Notes: generated from the sequence alone by a model not told the origin. A DNA stretch of 64,000 nt from Eledone cirrhosa (GCA_964016885.1 OZ024747.1:57288001-57352000); one strand, 5' to 3'. Positions 12,601-27,322 are shown, counted from the first letter of the stretch. A program made the numbers and translations.

Positions 12601-13720
12601 GGGCGGTGAATTGGCAGTATCAGTAGAGGGTCGGACACCATGTTTTCCAGCATAGAGTTACACCCCTTTATGGTCTGAGTTCAAATCCCGCCAAGATTAA
12701 AAATTTGCCTTTCATCCTTACGGGAGTCGATAAATTAAAGTACCAGTAATGCACTGGGATAATTGCTGGCCTTTTGCCAATAGTAGAAACAATTATTATT
12801 TTTATATATGGCCTTGTACCTATAGTAAAAAGCATTATTATTATTATTATTATTATTATTATAAAGGGCAGTGTTTTAGGAGTATCAGTAGAGCATCGGA
12901 TAACATGCTTTGTGGCATAGAGTTACGGCCCTTTGTGTTCTGAGTTAAAATCCTGCCGAGATTAGCTTTGCCTTTCATCCTTACGGGGTCGATAAAATAA
13001 AGAACCAGTCATGCACTGGGGTCAATTTAATCAACTTACCCCTTCCCTTCAAATTGCTGGCCTTGTTTCTAAATCAGAAATCTTTATCATTATAGATGGC
13101 TGTGTTTTAGGAGTATCGGTAGAGCATCAGACTACATGCTTTGTGACATATAGTTATGGCCCTTTTATGTTCTATGTTCGAATCCCGCTGAGGTTAGCTT
13201 TGTTTTCATCCTAACAGGGTCGATAAAATGCTACCAGTAATGCACTGGGGTCTATTTAATCAACTTTCCCCTCCCCTAAAATTGTGGCCTTGTACCTAAC
13301 TCATAAATCATTATTGTTGGCAGTACTGGTAGAGTGTCAGACTACCTGCTTCATGACACAGAGTTATAGCCCTTTACATTCTGAGTTCAAAGCCCACGGT
13401 TAGCTTTCCCTTTCATCCTTAAGGGGTTGATAAAATAAAGTTTCTGTCACACACTGGGGTCGATCTAGTCGACTTTTCCCTTCCCTTCAAATTGCTGGCC
13501 TTGTGCCTAAAGTAGAAACCATTGTTGTTATTATTATGGATTGGCAGTATCGGTAAAGGGTCAGACACCATGCTTTCCAGCATAGTGTACGTCCCTTTAC
13601 GATCTGAGTTCAAATCCTGCCGAGGTTGACTTTGCCTTTCATCCTTACGGGGGTCGATAAAATAAAGTACTAGTAATGCACTGGGCAATTGCTGGCCTTG
13701 TGCCTAAAGTAGAAACAGTT
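12601..13720 (+). mobile_element. Head-to-tail array of five tRNA-derived SINE copies
   Basis: Units start at about 12601, 12865, 13096, 13317 and 13537. Each has TGGCAGTATCGGTAGAG...GAGTTCAAATCC...GCCTTTCATCCTTACGGGGTCGATAAAATAAAGTACCAG and an (ATT)n tail. Confidence 0.85.
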
Positions 13721-14451
13721 ATTATTATTATTATTTGAATAGTACTAGAATTGAAGAAGCAGGAAGGGGAAATTTCCAATACAAACAAAATATCTAAGTG
13801 TCTAAATAAAAAATAAAGTAAGTAAAAGGAAAAAAAATTGTGGGGATGGTGGAATTGAAAAAGGAAAGAAGAAGAATATGAAGAAAAAAGAATTGGGTGA
13901 ATAAAAATAGAGCATAAAGGAAGAAATAGGTAAAATTTCTTCAAATTGACCAGAAATTTTTGTTTGACATAATGACAGCTTCCTGAGAATGAAGACAAGT
14001 GGTCTTCTTGGTTGAAGGAACTGAAAATAGAATGGTAAATCTTAGAAATGAAAACAGGTGAAGGTAGGGGAATGTCTCAGGGGTAAAATAGCATTGTAGA
14101 TAAAGTGGTGGAGTGATAAACATTGAAATAAAGAGAGAGTGAGAGAGAGAGTGAGGCGTGTGTATGTGTATGTGAATGTGTGTGTGTGAGGGTGGATGGG
14201 TGTTTTAGTGTATATATGGATATATATAAATATGTACATATATGTAAAGACATACAACATACAGACAGCACGAAAAATGGACATTAAACAATGATGATGA
14301 TGTTGTACATGTATGCATATATGTGTGTGTGTGAGTGTAAACAAATGCCTGTGTATATGTATGTATGTGTGTACATATATATATATATATATATATAAAG
14401 AGAAGAAGAAGAAAGAGTGTGAAAGATGGTGAGAAAAAAGACATTGAGACA

Positions 14452-14520
<69 letters not shown>

Positions 14521-14688
14521 TATACAAGGCAGTTTTAATAAAAGAAAAATTAAAAAGGCGAAAGTTTACAATGAAATTTTAAAAAAATGACATGTAAATT
14601 TTTCAAGTCTAAAGAAAGCAAAACAAACGATAAAATAAAATTACTGATTAGTTGAATACAAAAATTATCAAATAATATATAAATATAT

Positions 14689-14723
<35 letters not shown>

Positions 14724-15317
14724 CAACAACAACAACAACAACAACATGAACTAGATGTGGTTAGAATAGGAAGTGATTGTTGATAAATAGATAAAAGGTA
14801 TTAATCCAGATTAGATTAATAAAGTCTATGGCAGATGGAATGGTTAGGTGATCTTTGAGATGGCATGATGGATAGAGGGACTATATATATATACACACAC
14901 ATCTCTCGACTGACCGCTTCCTCGCACTTCCACTCACTCACTCTCTGTTTCTCCCCTTCTCACTTCCTCCCGTTTGGCTAACAGTGGGCCTCTTCTTGCT
15001 TACATCCCACTCACGCTGGACGTGTCTGTACCTTTCGCTCATGAAATCCACCCAGCTTATGCTGACCAGGACTACCATGTTGCTTGTTTATTTCCTTTCT
15101 TTGGTTTGCTTTTATCCTTCCATGTTGTTCACTTGTCCCCCTCGCTTTACGCGATTTACTGGTCCCAATAACTTATTTTAGTTATTGCTCGCACCAACCT
15201 GAGGTATCTGATTTTTAATGCGATGAAATACCAATGATGGTTGGAAAATCACTGATGAAGGACTATTTTTATCATATGTAACCTATCTGCAACCACGCAG
15301 TATTCTTCTTTCTTCTC

Positions 15318-15417
<100 letters not shown>

Positions 15418-15566
15418 AATTTTGAGTATATGTTGGTTGTATACCAACACCTCAGTATGCAGATTGGAGCACTCGATGAAGTGCGCAGGTTGGTTTGGTT
15501 ACTCCGGAGTAATGTAAAATAAAATAAAATAAATAAGTCAAATGTTTAAAATTTGGCTTGTTTATT

Positions 15567-15620
15567 ACTGCTATATATATTTCGGTGACAGCCATCTTTG
15601 CTGTGACCTCTTCAGGCAGT
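15567..15620 (-). ncRNA. Type I hammerhead ribozyme motif (family A)
   Basis: Minus strand ACTGC-CTGAAGA-GGTCACAGC(AAAGATG)GCTGTCACC-GAAA-TATATA-TA-GCAGT-AATAAA. Confidence 0.85.
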
Positions 15621-15890
15621 CCGAATTAGTGTGGTAGAGATGAGTACACATGTTGTTGAGGTGTTTAACTTTGTCAATACTCTGATATTATTACAACAAT
15701 ATGACCCTCCCCAAGTATAACAATATATATATATATATATATTATTCAAAATGATTAATATGGTTCAATGATTACTTAATGAATATAGTTTTACAATAGA
15801 TTAAAAGCTCTCTACAGTGAAGTTTTCTGGAGTTATTAATATTATTCAAAATATTAATAAATGAAGACGTTCACATAATCAAAATATATG

Positions 15891-15952
15891 TTTTATTATA
15901 TATATTTCAGAGGTACTGTGCTGTTTTTTCAGTACGTCCTCATCATATAAAA
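15891..15952 (-). ncRNA. Degenerate hammerhead motif (family C)
   Basis: Minus strand TTTTAT-ATGATGA-GGACGTACTG...CAGTACCTCT-GAAA-TATATA-TA-ATAAAA. C3 is mutated to A. Family motif GGTATGTC lies upstream. Confidence 0.6.
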
Positions 15953-17664
15953 TACATGAATTGATGTATGACATACCTCAACTGTCTTGATGGTTCAATT
16001 CCAGTCTTGCCAAGACTGGAACTTAGGTAGTTAATTAGTTCATTATTTTACAATTGTTTCCAAGCAGATGGCTTTCCATCATAATTTTATTGATTAATTA
16101 GGGTTACATTGATTAATCGACAGATAATAAGTATCAGCTATATTCACCATTTTGCCTATTAATTGTTATGAATATTTTTTGCTAATTAATCAGTTTTGAT
16201 AGTCATCCATTATTGCTTGGGTGCAAGAAAACCATGTATGTCAAAGAAATTCAGGAAGCATATTAAATTCCACATGTAGAAATACTTAAGAAACATAGAT
16301 TATTTTCTAGGACACAATATAAGATCTCCAGTGTAATATAACTCTGTTCCTTTTGCTTGAACATTCTAATCTACACAACTGGAAATTCTCTAGGATTGCC
16401 GAGATGGAATAGCTCCTTGTTGGTTAAAAGGTATTAAAGTAGAAGAGAGACTTTTGTACACATATCAAAGGATATGTGTTTCATTACTGTTTGAAAAAGA
16501 ATTAATTTAAAAATTGTAAAGATTCCAATTATATGTTTGTTTAAGGGTATTTAAACATTTTCCAGTAATAATTGTTTCTACATTACGCACAAGGCCAGCA
16601 ATTTGGAGGGGAGGGGAAAGACGATTAAATTGACCCCAGTATGTAACTGGTGCTTTATTTTAATGACCCCATAATTTTTTTAGTAATAATGATTCCTGTT
16701 ATCTTAATATATTGGCTTGCTTCAAAATATTTTGTTGGCATCCGTGATGTGTGTCAAATTGTCGCACTTGGTGGTGAATTGACGGTCAATTTTGTAGTTT
16801 TTTTCTATCTCATGCTCTGGTCATATATTTTGGTGCATTATATTTGTGAAGTTCCTAACAATAGTTAATTGTATTTATTATATGTGAGGTCAACTTTGCC
16901 TTTCATCCTTACCGGGTCGATAAAATAAAGTACCAGTAATGCACTGGGGTAATTACTGGCCTTGTGCCAAAAGTAGAAACAATTATATGTGTTTATATTT
17001 ATGTTTATATTTTAATTCTAAAAGAATTGTGAGCCATTTGTAATATAGTGGCTGTTGTTTTATATGAACCTGTAATACAGGTGGATGTAACATACTGGGT
17101 GGAAAATTGGAGTGTTGACTGTGGAAGGTAACTGTGAGCAATAGGTTGCCATGGTGATTAGAAGCTGATACTTAACATTCCATAACAGGATTAATGTGGT
17201 AAATATACCAGACACTGCCCACAACAGGACAACCCGTCTAACCCATGCTAACATGGAAGAACGGACGTAAAACGGTGATGATGATGATGATTATATATAT
17301 ATATATACACCAGGTCTAAACACAATGGAACCAAACTCCTTCTGTCACTGCTTCCGTCTCTCCCGCTCTCCCCATCTCTCACTATTATAAGCAAATGAGG
17401 GTCCATGCTCTGGCCATATATTTAAAACCAATAAATTCCTTTAATTTCATATATACATATTAGAAATAACTTTAAGAAAAAATACACTTTCATGATCAAA
17501 TTTAATGACTCATAAATTATAACAAAGAATCATCAAAATGTCTTCATGCACAGAGCATAACAGGTTTCTTGTAGGCTTGCATGTGTTAACGTCTCTGGCA
17601 GAATTCCCCATATTTTGTTATCATGTACTCTCAAACAATAGCTAAAAAATTGGGATTAATAATT

Positions 17665-17890
17665 TTTGATTTAGGCACAAGGCCAACAATTATTTTTGGT
17701 TGAGAGGGTGGGGAGAAATTTGATAAAATCGACCTCAGTGCATTACTGGTACTTTATTTTATCGACCTTGTAAGGATGAAAGCCAAAAGCTAACCTCGGC
17801 AGGATTTGAACAGAGAACATAACAAACCATAACAATATGCCACAAAGCATGTTATCCTATGCTCTACTAATATTGCCAATCCATTGCCCT
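17665..17890 (-). mobile_element. tRNA-derived SINE, same family as the 12601 array
   Basis: Reverse complement of the GCTTTCATCCTTAC-GGTCGATAAAATAAAGTACCAG body. Further copies or fragments at ~780-845 (-), 16885-16985 (+), 21100-21240 (-), 28273-28650 (two, +), 29210-29350 (+), 35165-35355 (-), 41748-41938 (-), 43760-43950 (+), 44830-45010 (+), 46610-46760 (+), 57183-57595 (two, +). Confidence 0.8.
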
Positions 17891-18658
17891 TATTGTGTGG
17901 TTGATAATGAATTATTATAATTTATTACATTTAATTATAATACGCATTTTCATATCACAATACATAATTACGTTATGGATAATTGGTAGTTTATTAATTG
18001 GTATCAGCTGAAAAGGCAAAGTCAGTTAACTGGTAATTAGTAATTGGCCAGTTTGATTATTGGTGCATCTCGAGGAAGAACCTTTAAGTTATGCTTCAAA
18101 CAGAAGATTAATAATGAGAACATTTTTATAGTCTTAAATCCCTACAAAATACATAATAATTTTCAAAACAACTGACAATATTAAGTAGTATCTTTTATTA
18201 GAAATATAGTAATGAAAGGGCTGAATAACAAAAATCATCATCACACACTAACTTGGCTCTCTTTATAGATTCATTGTAGTTTCAGTCAGTCCATATCTTA
18301 GTAGTATCCATCCATATAATTCTTGGTTTCCTTTACCCCTCACCCCATTCATATTTTCCTTCCATTAACAGCCACTTTAATCTATATTTTTTTCTATTAG
18401 ATTGTCTAAATTATTTTACTCTTTACATGCTCCAATGATATTCAAATTTAGACATGTGAACATTAGTGGAGCATGCAAAAATTTGCTATGCTTAGTCACA
18501 ATTAGTTTCTCTGATAATCTGTGAAAGTAGGTTTGTGGTTGGGGTGAAATTATATACCATAGAAGGAGGCCTTCAATCAGGTCCCAAACTATAGATACAG
18601 GGAAACTAACTTCTACATTACAGTTCCCAACCAATGCATAACCAAATGTATCATAATC

Positions 18659-18705
<47 letters not shown>

Positions 18706-18743
18706 TATAAATATTAATAAAATAGATGTTCTTTTGATCAATT

Positions 18744-18800
18744 ACATTTTATTATACATATTTCGGATGTACAACAGTACATCCTCATCAGACAAAATAT
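18744..18800 (-). ncRNA. Type I hammerhead ribozyme motif (family C), canonical core
   Basis: Minus strand ATATTTTGT-CTGATGA-GGATGTAC(TGTT)GTACATCC-GAAA-TATGTA-TA-ATAAAATGT. Perfect 8-bp stem II starting with G10.1-C11.1, GUA triplet, stem I of about 9 bp with G.U pairs. Confidence 0.9.
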
Positions 18801-19045
18801 AATGATACATGACATACCCTGAGATGTTAAATGGTTAAGATTTAATCAAGGTAGTGATTAACCTAATATTAATAACTCCGGAAAATTATTTTTCCGTAGA
18901 GTGCTTCCAATCTACTGTAAAACTCATTCTTTGATATACTCATTGAATTTTTTTTAACTTTTCAATATATATATATATGTATATATGTATATATGCATTT
19001 GTGTGTATATATATATGTGTGTGTATGTGTATATATATGTATACA

Positions 19046-19111
<66 letters not shown>

Positions 19112-19301
19112 AATATGTATATATATATATATATATATAAGAGTACATATCTATTCAATTTGTCATGAGTGGGAGTAAATATTTATTAAGTATATCTATT
19201 TCCCTTATCACTTCCTATTTTGTTTTGCAATATATAATTATATATTTATTGTTATCCTTATATACTCTCTATATATGTACATTATATATACATATATGTG
19301 C

Positions 19302-19368
<67 letters not shown>

Positions 19369-19408
19369 TATATGTATATATATATATGTATATATATGTA
19401 TATATATG

Positions 19409-19443
<35 letters not shown>

Positions 19444-19525
19444 GTATATATATGTATATATATATATATTTATATATATATATATACACACATATATATA
19501 TATACACATATATATATATATATAT

Positions 19526-19625
<100 letters not shown>

Positions 19626-20017
19626 TTATATACACACATATATGTTTTTTTTCTATTTTCTATTATAATTTTACCCATTTATCTGTTTGCTTCATAATGT
19701 GTGTTTGTTTTTATATATATGTATATTTATTTATTTGTTATTGTAATTTATATATTTATTTATATTTTATTTATTTTAATTTTCTTTATTGTTCATTTTT
19801 TCTCCATCTTTTGTTCCATTGAACCATTAAAAGAAAGACATTTATTGTAAGTTTATAATTGATGCTATTTTTGGTTCACTTGCTCTGTTATCTCCCCCTT
19901 GCTCATACACTCTACTCTTCCTGTCCCCTTTTTTTTTTACTTAGCTTCCCCCCTCCCTCTGTCTCTCAGCTGTATCTCAAGACTTCACAGTCATGCTTCA
20001 TTGGAGACCTGATCTCT

Positions 20018-20088
<71 letters not shown>

Positions 20089-20163
20089 GTTGATGATGAT
20101 GATGATGTGGATGATGCTGTCCTCTGGAAGTAGTGGTGGTGATATTCCTGTTAATAGTAGTCT

Positions 20164-20248
<85 letters not shown>

Positions 20249-20322
20249 CCATTAGTTTTAACAAATAGGAACTGAAATAATATATATTCCTATACACACA
20301 CACACACATATATATATTTACA

Positions 20323-20387
<65 letters not shown>

Positions 20388-21711
20388 TTATATATATACA
20401 TATACACACACATACATATACAAGGTGTAGGTGTACCTATTTATCTTCTCTGACTACTTAATAGCAATACTTCCCCAACCCTTGCTGTGTTTTGCAGGTG
20501 AGAGGAGTAATGGGTTATGTTTTTATATTTTTCTTCTTTGATGACTGCTCTTGATTTTGTTATTGTTGTTGTTGTTGTTGTTGTTTATGGGTGGAGTTAA
20601 TGATTATTTGTTTTTGTTGCTGGTTGTGGGTTGTTGCTTTAAGGTGTTTTTGTTGGTTTCTGAGTTAATGTTTTTTTTAAATATAGCTTAGACTTAGTCA
20701 TACTGGAAGGGCCTTGCACATGACCCTTTCATGGCCTTCAAGAATTATTTTTTTAGGTCTTTGCACATCTACTGGGAATTGTGTTGTTGGGAAATAAATT
20801 TGGCAATCAACTGCATGGCATGATGCCTGCTTTAGAATCATGCTGTGGGGTGTGTCTGATCATTGTCCTGTAAACCCTAATGGAGTCATAAGGGTGTTAT
20901 CATGACACAGGGCATGTCATGGACATTTTAAACAAGGTGATGACTATCCCACTACATGTCTAAAAATAGTTGATTTGATCTGGAGAGAGAGAAGGACAAA
21001 GAAGGGGTGGATGGGTAGAAAGAGAAAGTGACAGAGTGAGGGACAGAGAAGAGGTGGGTGAGTAGAAAAAAAAGTAACAGAAGAATCAACTCCATAACTG
21101 AAGCAGTACTTTATTTATCAAACCTGAAAGAATAAAAAGCAAAGTTGGCATTGGCAGAATTTCAACTAAAAGACAATAGAACTGGAATGAATATTACAAA
21201 TCATTTCATCTGATGCCCTCATGACAGTGCCAATTCACTTCCTTGAAGTACATGTATGTAACTTTGTTAATCTACCACTGCCAGGGTCTTTCTCAGAAGT
21301 TTGAGCACCCGGCATTAAAGACCCTCAGGACTGGATGGCTTAATTGTATTCTTTTCAAGTGACTAAACAATTTTACATGTTATCTACATAATCTCTTTGT
21401 TTCTGATGAGAGAAAAGGTGGAAGTTATCCTCAGCCTAGAAATGATGTCCAAATATTGGCAGCACACAGAATTCCATTTCTGTTGAAGCCACATAAGAAC
21501 CATGTAGTGGTAATAAAGTGGGTGACAGATCGTGTCTATCAGGGCCAGATTTAATAGGGAGCCTGGGAGCCTTTACCACCACCACCACCACACAATGTTT
21601 AAATCCAGCTCTATCTATCATTCAAAAACAGAAATGTTCCCTAGAGATTTGTCTACCAAATTTTGAACACATTACTTTGGTTAAGCCAAGGATGAAACAT
21701 TTGTTTAACCT

Positions 21712-21946
21712 TTAACCCTTTAGCATTTAAACAGGCTGTATCCTGCCAGGACTCTCTCACCTCTTTCTATTTAAACTGGCTGTAACTGGCTGCTCATACC
21801 TACATTAAAATAAATAACATCAAAATCTTGTAGATGCTTGTAGATGTGAGATAGTTATGTGAGGTAAAGCCTTTACTGTGAAAATACAATACTAAATATA
21901 GAATAATGTAAATGCTAAAGGGTTAACGTAAATGCTAAAGGGTTAA
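21712..21946. mobile_element. piggyBac-type MITE (TTAA-CCCTTTAGCATTTA termini) with a duplicated right TIR
   Basis: TTAACCCTTTAGCATTTA...TAAATGCTAAAGGGTTAA (21712-21926), with the terminal 20 nt repeated to 21946. Confidence 0.8.
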
Positions 21947-23840
21947 CACACTGTCAACATAGGGCACCATGGAGTAATCTCCCCTTAATAGAAAATGCAG
22001 TGTCAAGGGAAACAACTCATAAGAATAACTAGTGTGCTAAAGATTAAGTTACATTCAGTTTGGAGTAAACACAAAACCACATGTTTGAAGCAAACATCTT
22101 AACCACAAAGCCAAACCTGCAACCATATTTCCCACTCTTTACTATTGGCTACCCATTGTTAATGTGAAAAAAGATGGCCTAATAATTAGGATTTCCCATG
22201 ATTGTAAGGCCATGTGTTCTACAGTGGTGCAGCCAGAGTTTATGCTACCTAGGGTAGCTCTTGAATTTACTGTCACACCCCACAAACGCCCACCCTATGG
22301 CACCCCAGATACTCAAATATATACAACAACCCAAAAGTACCAGCCCCATAAAAGTGTAACCTGGGTGGATCAGCCCTTTACCTTTCTCCCCAGTTATGCT
22401 ACTGGAGTTCAATTAAAAATCTGGACAGCATGTTGTACACTTGATCAAGGCACTTTATTTCACATTGCTCCAGTCCACTCCACTGAAGATGAATACCACT
22501 ATATGGGTCCTCCAAGAGAATTTTTGCAAGGCAGTAAAAAACCACTTTGGGGCCCGAAGCAGGCTAAGAGTTTTCTCAAAATGGATGTTGCATGGTTGCT
22601 GTGGGGTCTTCTTAGCTCTTGGGGCCCCTCTCATAGCCCTGCCACTAACAGGTTTGGGGAAGTTAACCTTGTGACAAACTGTTGTCCCATTAACCCTTTC
22701 TTGACCTCATTTCCACAAAAATACATTCCTTTTCAATTAATTAATGAAGAATTTTAAGAGATTTACTTGAATTATTAATTATTTCTTTACTAAGATAGTA
22801 ACTTTACATATGGTTCTTATATAAAACTATGCTGGAAGATTTTAAGTTAAATAGGAAACCTTTAAAATGGCTAGCTATATTTCACAGAACCAGAGCTGGT
22901 TTTGGCTGGGTTGGTAACAAAAGAGATAAATGGCCAGCGGTGGTGTTGGTGGTGGGATCTTGTAGTTTCAGGTCCTTAATACCATTTGAAACTGGAATAA
23001 TCACTGGCCAGATAACACTCAAGGCTGAAGAAAAATCTTGAATTTAGCTGATTACTATTAGCTACACATTTATGTGATTGTAGCAGTGGTGGTGGTGTTG
23101 GTGGTGATGGTGGTTGAGATTATGGTGGTGGTGGTGGTGGTGGTGATGGTGATTGAGATCGTGGTGGTGGTGATGGCGGTTGAGATGGTGGTGGTTGTGG
23201 TTGTGGTGGTGATGGTTGTGGTGGTGGTGATGGTGATGGTGATTGAGATTGTGGTGGTGGTGATGGTGGTTGAGATTGTGGTTGTGGTGGTGGTAGTGGT
23301 TGTGGTTGTAGTGGTGGTGGTGGCAGTGGTGATAATGGTGGTGGGGTAATGTTGATGGCGATGGTGGTGGTGAGTGAGTTGTAGGGGTGGTGGTGATAAT
23401 GTGGTGGGTGATGGTGGGGTGGTGGTGATAATGTGGTGGGTGGTGGTGGGGTGGTATCGGGGGTAGTGATGATGGTGGTGGTGATGATGGTGATAATGAT
23501 TATGACAGTGATGATGATGATGATGGCCATGTCAATCATAATTGTGATGATGTTTTGAATAATCCTGTTGTTGTTGTTGTCATATATATATATAAATATG
23601 ATGATGATGATATATATATACATATAATATATATATACATAAATATATACATAAATATATATATATTTTTTTTATATACATATATATATATATATTTATT
23701 TATATCTATCTATATATATATATATATTTATATGTATACATATATATATCTATATATATATTTATATATATATACATTATATATATATACACATATATAT
23801 ATATCTATATATATAGACATAGATATATATATATATACAC

Positions 23841-23904
<64 letters not shown>

Positions 23905-24327
23905 ATATCTATCTATATATATAGATATATATATATATATATACATATATCTATATATATATATATACATATATATATCTATATATATATACATATGTAA
24001 TGGTCTGTATGCCATGTGAATTTGTGTGTGTGCGTATGTATATATATATATATATGTAATGGTTTATATGTCATATGTATTTGTGTGTGTGGGTATATAT
24101 ATGCCATGTGTATTCATATATGACTTTCTCATTTGTGTAATTACTATCCATTTTAAAAAGATACTTAATGTGTGTGTGTATGGGTGTGTGTGTGTGTGTG
24201 TGTGTAAGTGTGCGTTTGGGCCTATCTATTGGTGTGTGTACTAGTATGTATTTTTTACCATTTGCATATCTGTGAATTTATGTACATGTAACAGTATAGT
24301 TGTGTTTGCCAGTGTGATTATGTGTAT

Positions 24328-24368
<41 letters not shown>

Positions 24369-24502
24369 GTGTGTGTGTGTGCCAGCACTGTTAAATCTGC
24401 AGTTAAACCCCAGATGCTTGATTTATTCATAGGAAATTGATTGAGTATAAGGTCATTGAAAGTCCAAGGGGTGACACGAATAAATATGTAGGTGTGTGTG
24501 TG

Positions 24503-24568
<66 letters not shown>

Positions 24569-24745
24569 TAGATAGATACATATACATCAATATATATATA
24601 CATATATATATAATAATTATATATATATACACACACACATATATGTATGTAGATCGTGAGTGATATCAGCGGTAACCACAATAAATAAGGTACATTAGTA
24701 GAGTGAGAACAACGAAAGGACTAGGACTTTCAATCATCAGAAATG

Positions 24746-24793
24746 CATTCCTGATGATTTCATACGAATGAAACAGTTCTAGCCCTGTAGAAG
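24746..24793 (+). ncRNA. Hammerhead-like motif (family D); degenerate inverted copy ~25676-25730 (-)
   Basis: TTC-CTGATGA-TTTCATACGAAT-GAAA-CAG(TTCTAGCC)CTG-TA-GAA. Stem III ACAG/CTGT with a GUA triplet; stem II is weak. Confidence 0.55.
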
Positions 24794-24845
24794 CCATTTC
24801 TAAATTAAATTTTGTTATATATATATATATGTGTGTGTGTTCATT

Positions 24846-24877
<32 letters not shown>

Positions 24878-24879
24878 GC

Positions 24880-25265
24880 AAAGTTTTATTTAAATTGTTG
24901 GGTTACAACGAGTAAATATTTATAACTGATATAAAAGCACTCAACAAGTATTTGGAGTATTTGGAGTATATTTACGATATTAAATAAATGGAAACTATAT
25001 TTATAAAACCATATTTATTTCATTATATATATTTCAGGGATATCATATTAAAAATATGGTATGCCTTCATCAGACAAAATACAATATAAACAGTCTTATA
25101 AATAGATAGATTTGACATACCTTACAACTTCAACACTTTTTAAATGGAAGTTGAAGTTGTAAGGTATGTCAAATCTATCTATTTATAAGACTGTTTATAT
25201 TGTATTTTGTCTGATGAAGGCATGCCATATTTTTAATATGATATCCCTGAAATATATTTAATATC

Positions 25266-25268
<3 letters not shown>
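24880..25268. mobile_element. Tail-to-tail fold-back element, family C, with two hammerhead motifs (25016-25081 -, and 25203-25257 + truncated)
   Basis: Arms ~25028-25134 / 25150-25257 with a 15-nt spacer. Minus strand TATTTTGT-CTGATGA-AGG...CCT-GAAA-TATATA-TA-ATGAAATA. Flanked by (TA)n. Confidence 0.8.
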
Positions 25269-25317
<49 letters not shown>

Positions 25318-25383
25318 GTAGAACACTGGAAGGTAATATCTGTAGTGGTAGAGCACTCAGTCCATGGGACGAGTTTGGTAGAA

Positions 25384-25508
25384 GTAGTAACACAACAGTT
25401 AGTTCACCATACCGAGAAGAATTGTTACACCTTAGCGGATCTTCAGCTGAAGATCCGCTAAGGTGTAACAATTATTCTTGTATGGTGAACTAACTGTTGT
25501 GTTACTAC
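25384..25508. repeat. ~125-bp near-perfect palindrome centred on CAGCTG
   Basis: ...TTACACCTTAGCGGATCTTCAG|CTGAAGATCCGCTAAGGTGTAA...; the flanking (GA)n/(CT)n tracts are also inverted relative to each other. Confidence 0.9.
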
Positions 25509-25573
25509 CTCTCTCTCTCTCTCTCTCTCTCTCCCTCTCTCCCCCTCTCTCGCTCTCTCTCTCCCTCTTTATC

Positions 25574-25635
<62 letters not shown>

Positions 25636-26210
25636 TATATATATATTCATTTATTTATTTTATTATAGGAATAACTTCTACAGGACTAGAACTGTTTCAT
25701 TTGTAAGAAATTCTCAGGACTTTAGAATGCTGATACAATGCACTAGAAATATATAAAAGGCAAAGAAGGACAAATGAAATGAAAACAAAGTGATGTTTTA
25801 TACCCAGTATATTTGAATATAATTTTCAAATGCAAAAAAAAAAATGATGTGAAACAAAAATGAATGATGTATTCTTCCGTAAGAGGTCCAAGTGCCTGGA
25901 TTGCTGGTACATGAAGCAGTCATAGAAGCCACTCTGAATCATGTAGTTTTAATCTATTGTTTATTTAGGGATTCTCAGTGGTTTGGTATCAAAATAGTTC
26001 TCTACCACAAGTGCTGGATATAAGTCCTTTTAAGGATCTAAGTATTTAAAATATTATGGTGCCCCTCATATATAAAATCTGAAAAACAAAAATGTTTTCT
26101 GAATGACAAATACATTTAATTGCAATAATATAGTTGCAGTTTCCCCTTGATGCCCTCAGCATTCACTTATTTTGCTTAATGGTTACTCCAGCCCTGTATA
26201 CTCTGTACCC

Positions 26211-26417
26211 CAGGCATGTCAAACATGCAGCCCATGGGTTGCATGTGGCCCTTTACAAGCGCACCTGCAGCCCACACAAAGGTTTTTACAGTGCAAGTGC
26301 AATATTTAAAAAAAAAAAATTAGTTGTAATGTGCGCAATTATTTGTCATGTGTGGCCCTCAAACAACACATATGTGACCCATGAGGCGCTTGGGGGACCC
26401 TCAGTTTGACATGCCTG
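26211..26417. mobile_element. hAT-type MITE
   Basis: 14-bp TIRs CAGGCATGTCAAAC / GTTTGACATGCCTG and an 8-bp TSD CTGTACCC / CTGTACAC (7/8 match). Confidence 0.8.
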
Positions 26418-26973
26418 CTGTACACAACTCAAGTAGACCACAGTAGAATTTAAAGTCAGAATTCAAAGAACAAGAAAAATACTGAAAGGTATCTTATGTG
26501 AGACTCTAGCAATTCTTCCTAACTACTTCATTTAGACTAACACTTTATTTTATCTTCAATTCAGTATTCGTACCAACCCTGACTTATGGTCATGAATCTT
26601 AGGTAAAGACCGAAAAAATACAATTGCGAATACAAATGGCTGAAATAGGGATGCTCCGAAGGGTCTTTGGAGTAAGATTACTCAATAGAGTGCAGAGCTC
26701 AGAGATCAGAGTCGCTCCAGGTACAGATGCTACTTCTCCGAATTGAGAGATCACAGCTCCAATACTATCGGCATGGGGTTAGAATGTCTCTGGAAAGAAT
26801 TGCTGGTCAGATTTTACAGGATAGACCCCAAGCAAGATGGTTGGATAACTTCCGGATCAATTGGAGACAGTTACACTGGAAGGAGTATTGGAGGACTCTG
26901 CCCCCCCCCCCCCCCCCCCGACCCTCACAGGAATAAGTGGGTGGAGAAGAAGAATAAGAAGTTGGTATTGTTA

Positions 26974-26991
26974 TAGTAGTAGTAGTGACAC

Positions 26992-27044
<53 letters not shown>

Positions 27045-27046
27045 AC

Positions 27047-27110
<64 letters not shown>

Positions 27111-27137
27111 AAAGTAGTAGTAGTATTAGTAGTAGTT

Positions 27138-27191
<54 letters not shown>

Positions 27192-27225
27192 ACAGTGGTA
27201 GTAGTAGCAGTAGCAGCAGTAGTAA

Positions 27226-27257
<32 letters not shown>

Positions 27258-27271
27258 ATAGTAGTAGTGAC

Positions 27272-27321
<50 letters not shown>

Positions 27322-27322
27322 C
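26974..27322. repeat. (TAG)n trinucleotide microsatellite
   Basis: Direct reading; interrupted by GAC and AAT variants. Confidence 0.95.

Noticed and set aside
15248-15290. CTGATGAAGG hammerhead start
   Set aside because: No GAAA, stem III or matching stem I follows; at best a truncated relic.
22164-22757. 197-aa ORF
   Set aside because: Runs across SINE and MITE fragments, has a non-ATG start and no recognisable domain.
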